64,000 nt of DNA from Callorhinchus milii (lineage: Eukaryota): assembly GCF_018977255.1 (NCBI RefSeq), contig NW_024704742.1, positions 60,824,001-60,888,000 of the forward strand. Reading direction: 5' to 3'. Shown here in pieces: positions 62,614 through 64,000 of the stretch. The position numbers and the translations under genes were made by a program. The notes below the pieces were generated by a model. That model ran no database searches and was not told the origin of the DNA. It was given only the letters and a program-made list of their open reading frames with translations. Each line of letters opens with the position of its first letter. The stretch's first letter is position 1.

Positions 62614-62850
62614 AATAATAATAATCCTTACATTTGGCATAGTGCCTTTTTACACTGGGAGGATGTCTCAAAGCTCTTGACAGGATATACTGTAAAGTGC
62701 ATTGTCCGTATTTTGTGAATGAACACGGCAGCCAATTTGCACACAGCAATGTCCACGAATGGTTATGAAGAGAATGACCAATTTATTTGGGTGTTTGTTG
62801 GCATCAGGAGATGGGGAGAGACTCCCTTTCTTTTCAAATGATTGTCATGT
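62614..62850 (-). mobile_element. Deu-type SINE 3' part
   Basis: AATAATAATCCTTACATTTGG; GGCAGCCAATTTGCACACAGCAATGTCC. Confidence 0.8.
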
Positions 62851-63019
62851 TTAAAAGGCACACAGATAGATACTCGAGGAGTAAGTGTATTAGCAGTATA
62901 GAGAAATCAGAGAAAGATGGAATTAAAAAATCTATGTTGACAAGCTGAATAGTCTAATTCTGTTCCTATCATGCAGGACGGTAAGTAGAGTCTCCTTGGA
63001 GCTGAAATGGGGCTAAGGT

Positions 63020-63555
63020 TACATGATTGGCAACAGAATTTTGGAATGCTGAGTCAATTCTCTGTAGTAGTCTCGGGAGTCTGGTTCATGAGTAGGCAGG
63101 GTGCAGTATTTCAACACTGCTGATCACAGGTCAGTCAGTCTAGCTCATCAGCAGGATTTGAGGGGCAGATGAGACATTGGGAGCAGAGATTCTTCCCATT
63201 CAGTTCCTGTTAATTGTCAAGCCGAAGCGCTAATGGGTAGGGTTGTCCTAACTAGATAAGTAGCGTGAAGCTTGCTAGATAGCGCTTTCAATGGCAAGCT
63301 ATGCGGTTTTAGTGGTTGGACTTGAGCAGTACCCCAACATAAACTCTGGGGTGTTCAAGCTTTGGCTCTTGCCACCTTGCAGCTAATACTTTCTAGAATT
63401 AGATAAGCAGGGAACATCCCACAAGGGAGAGAGTGAACAATCCATTCCAGACCAAGGGACATTTTCACCTATAGTTGGCATACATAAGTGAATTGCTCCA
63501 TCTGGTCTGGATACTCTCAAGCATGGGTTTCCACATTTGACAGACACTTGACTGA
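63020..63555. repeat. Unclassified interspersed repeat, long copy (opposite orientation to copy 1)
   Basis: Reverse complement: GTGTCTG..GGAAACCCATGCTT..AGTATCCAGACCAG..CCCTGCTTATCTAATTC..GGCAAGAGCCAAAGCTT..CATAGCTTGCCATTGAA..GGGAAGAATCTCTGCTCCCA. Confidence 0.88.
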
Positions 63556-64000
63556 GCAAAGAAAACCTATTATGTTTCTATTTCAGAACCACCATCAACC
63601 TGTTGTTTAACTTGAGGTCTGTGAACGTCACAATGCTACATTTCACTTAAGTCAGGAGTTTAATGGATCACAGCACAGTATAATGACGGCAACTCCGTTT
63701 ATATTCCCAGTGTTGTGAACCATTAGGTACAGTGACCATGATAATCATAATGCACAAGAAATGATTGAATACTGAAGCAAGTAAATCTATACCGAAAGTT
63801 ACTTTTCTTGCTAGAAAGTACGCTGTCCAAAAGTAGTCCAGAATAACAGATATAAATATTGTCATACTATTTCAAAAAAGTTGCATCCTTGATTGATGAC
63901 GATTAATAGTTTATGTAGCCATAAGACATAGTAGTTGTTACATCTTATATTTATCACAAAGCCTCGCAATGGTATAAAATGAATCATACTTCAGGAATTT

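Noticed and set aside
7300..64000. A second host gene, CRISPR-like array or novel multi-gene system
   Set aside because: All recurrent sequences are dispersed retroposon pieces without repeat-spacer periodicity, and no non-TE coding exon was recognisable. Short exons of a neighbouring gene or lncRNA cannot be excluded by eye

Overview
Eukaryotic genomic DNA, most likely from a cartilaginous fish and probably a chimaera (inferred from the repeat families and the protein). The only host gene I can support is the 3' end of VEGFC on the + strand: a Cys-rich silk-homology exon (4471-4801), the terminal coding exon (6652-6772) and a 3'UTR ending at an AATAAA near 7182. The remaining ~57 kb looks intergenic and is dense in retroposons: CR1 LINEs, L2 LINEs, old Deu-domain SINEs and a young tRNA-headed SINE that shares its 3' stem-loop with L2. 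Almost all ORFs in the track are TE fragments or noise. I found no evidence of a new protein-coding system. The best leads are non-coding: (1) an unclassified ~0.5-kb interspersed family with at least 5 copies; (2) an 84-nt pre-miRNA-sized hairpin made from two opposed L2/SINE tails; (3) a chimeric young SINE with anticodon-loop variants and a recurrent truncation point in its T-arm; (4) reconstructable nested insertions; (5) internally deleted CR1 and L2 copies. Boundaries of old repeats are approximate and were read by eye. Family names come from recalled consensus motifs, not database searches.
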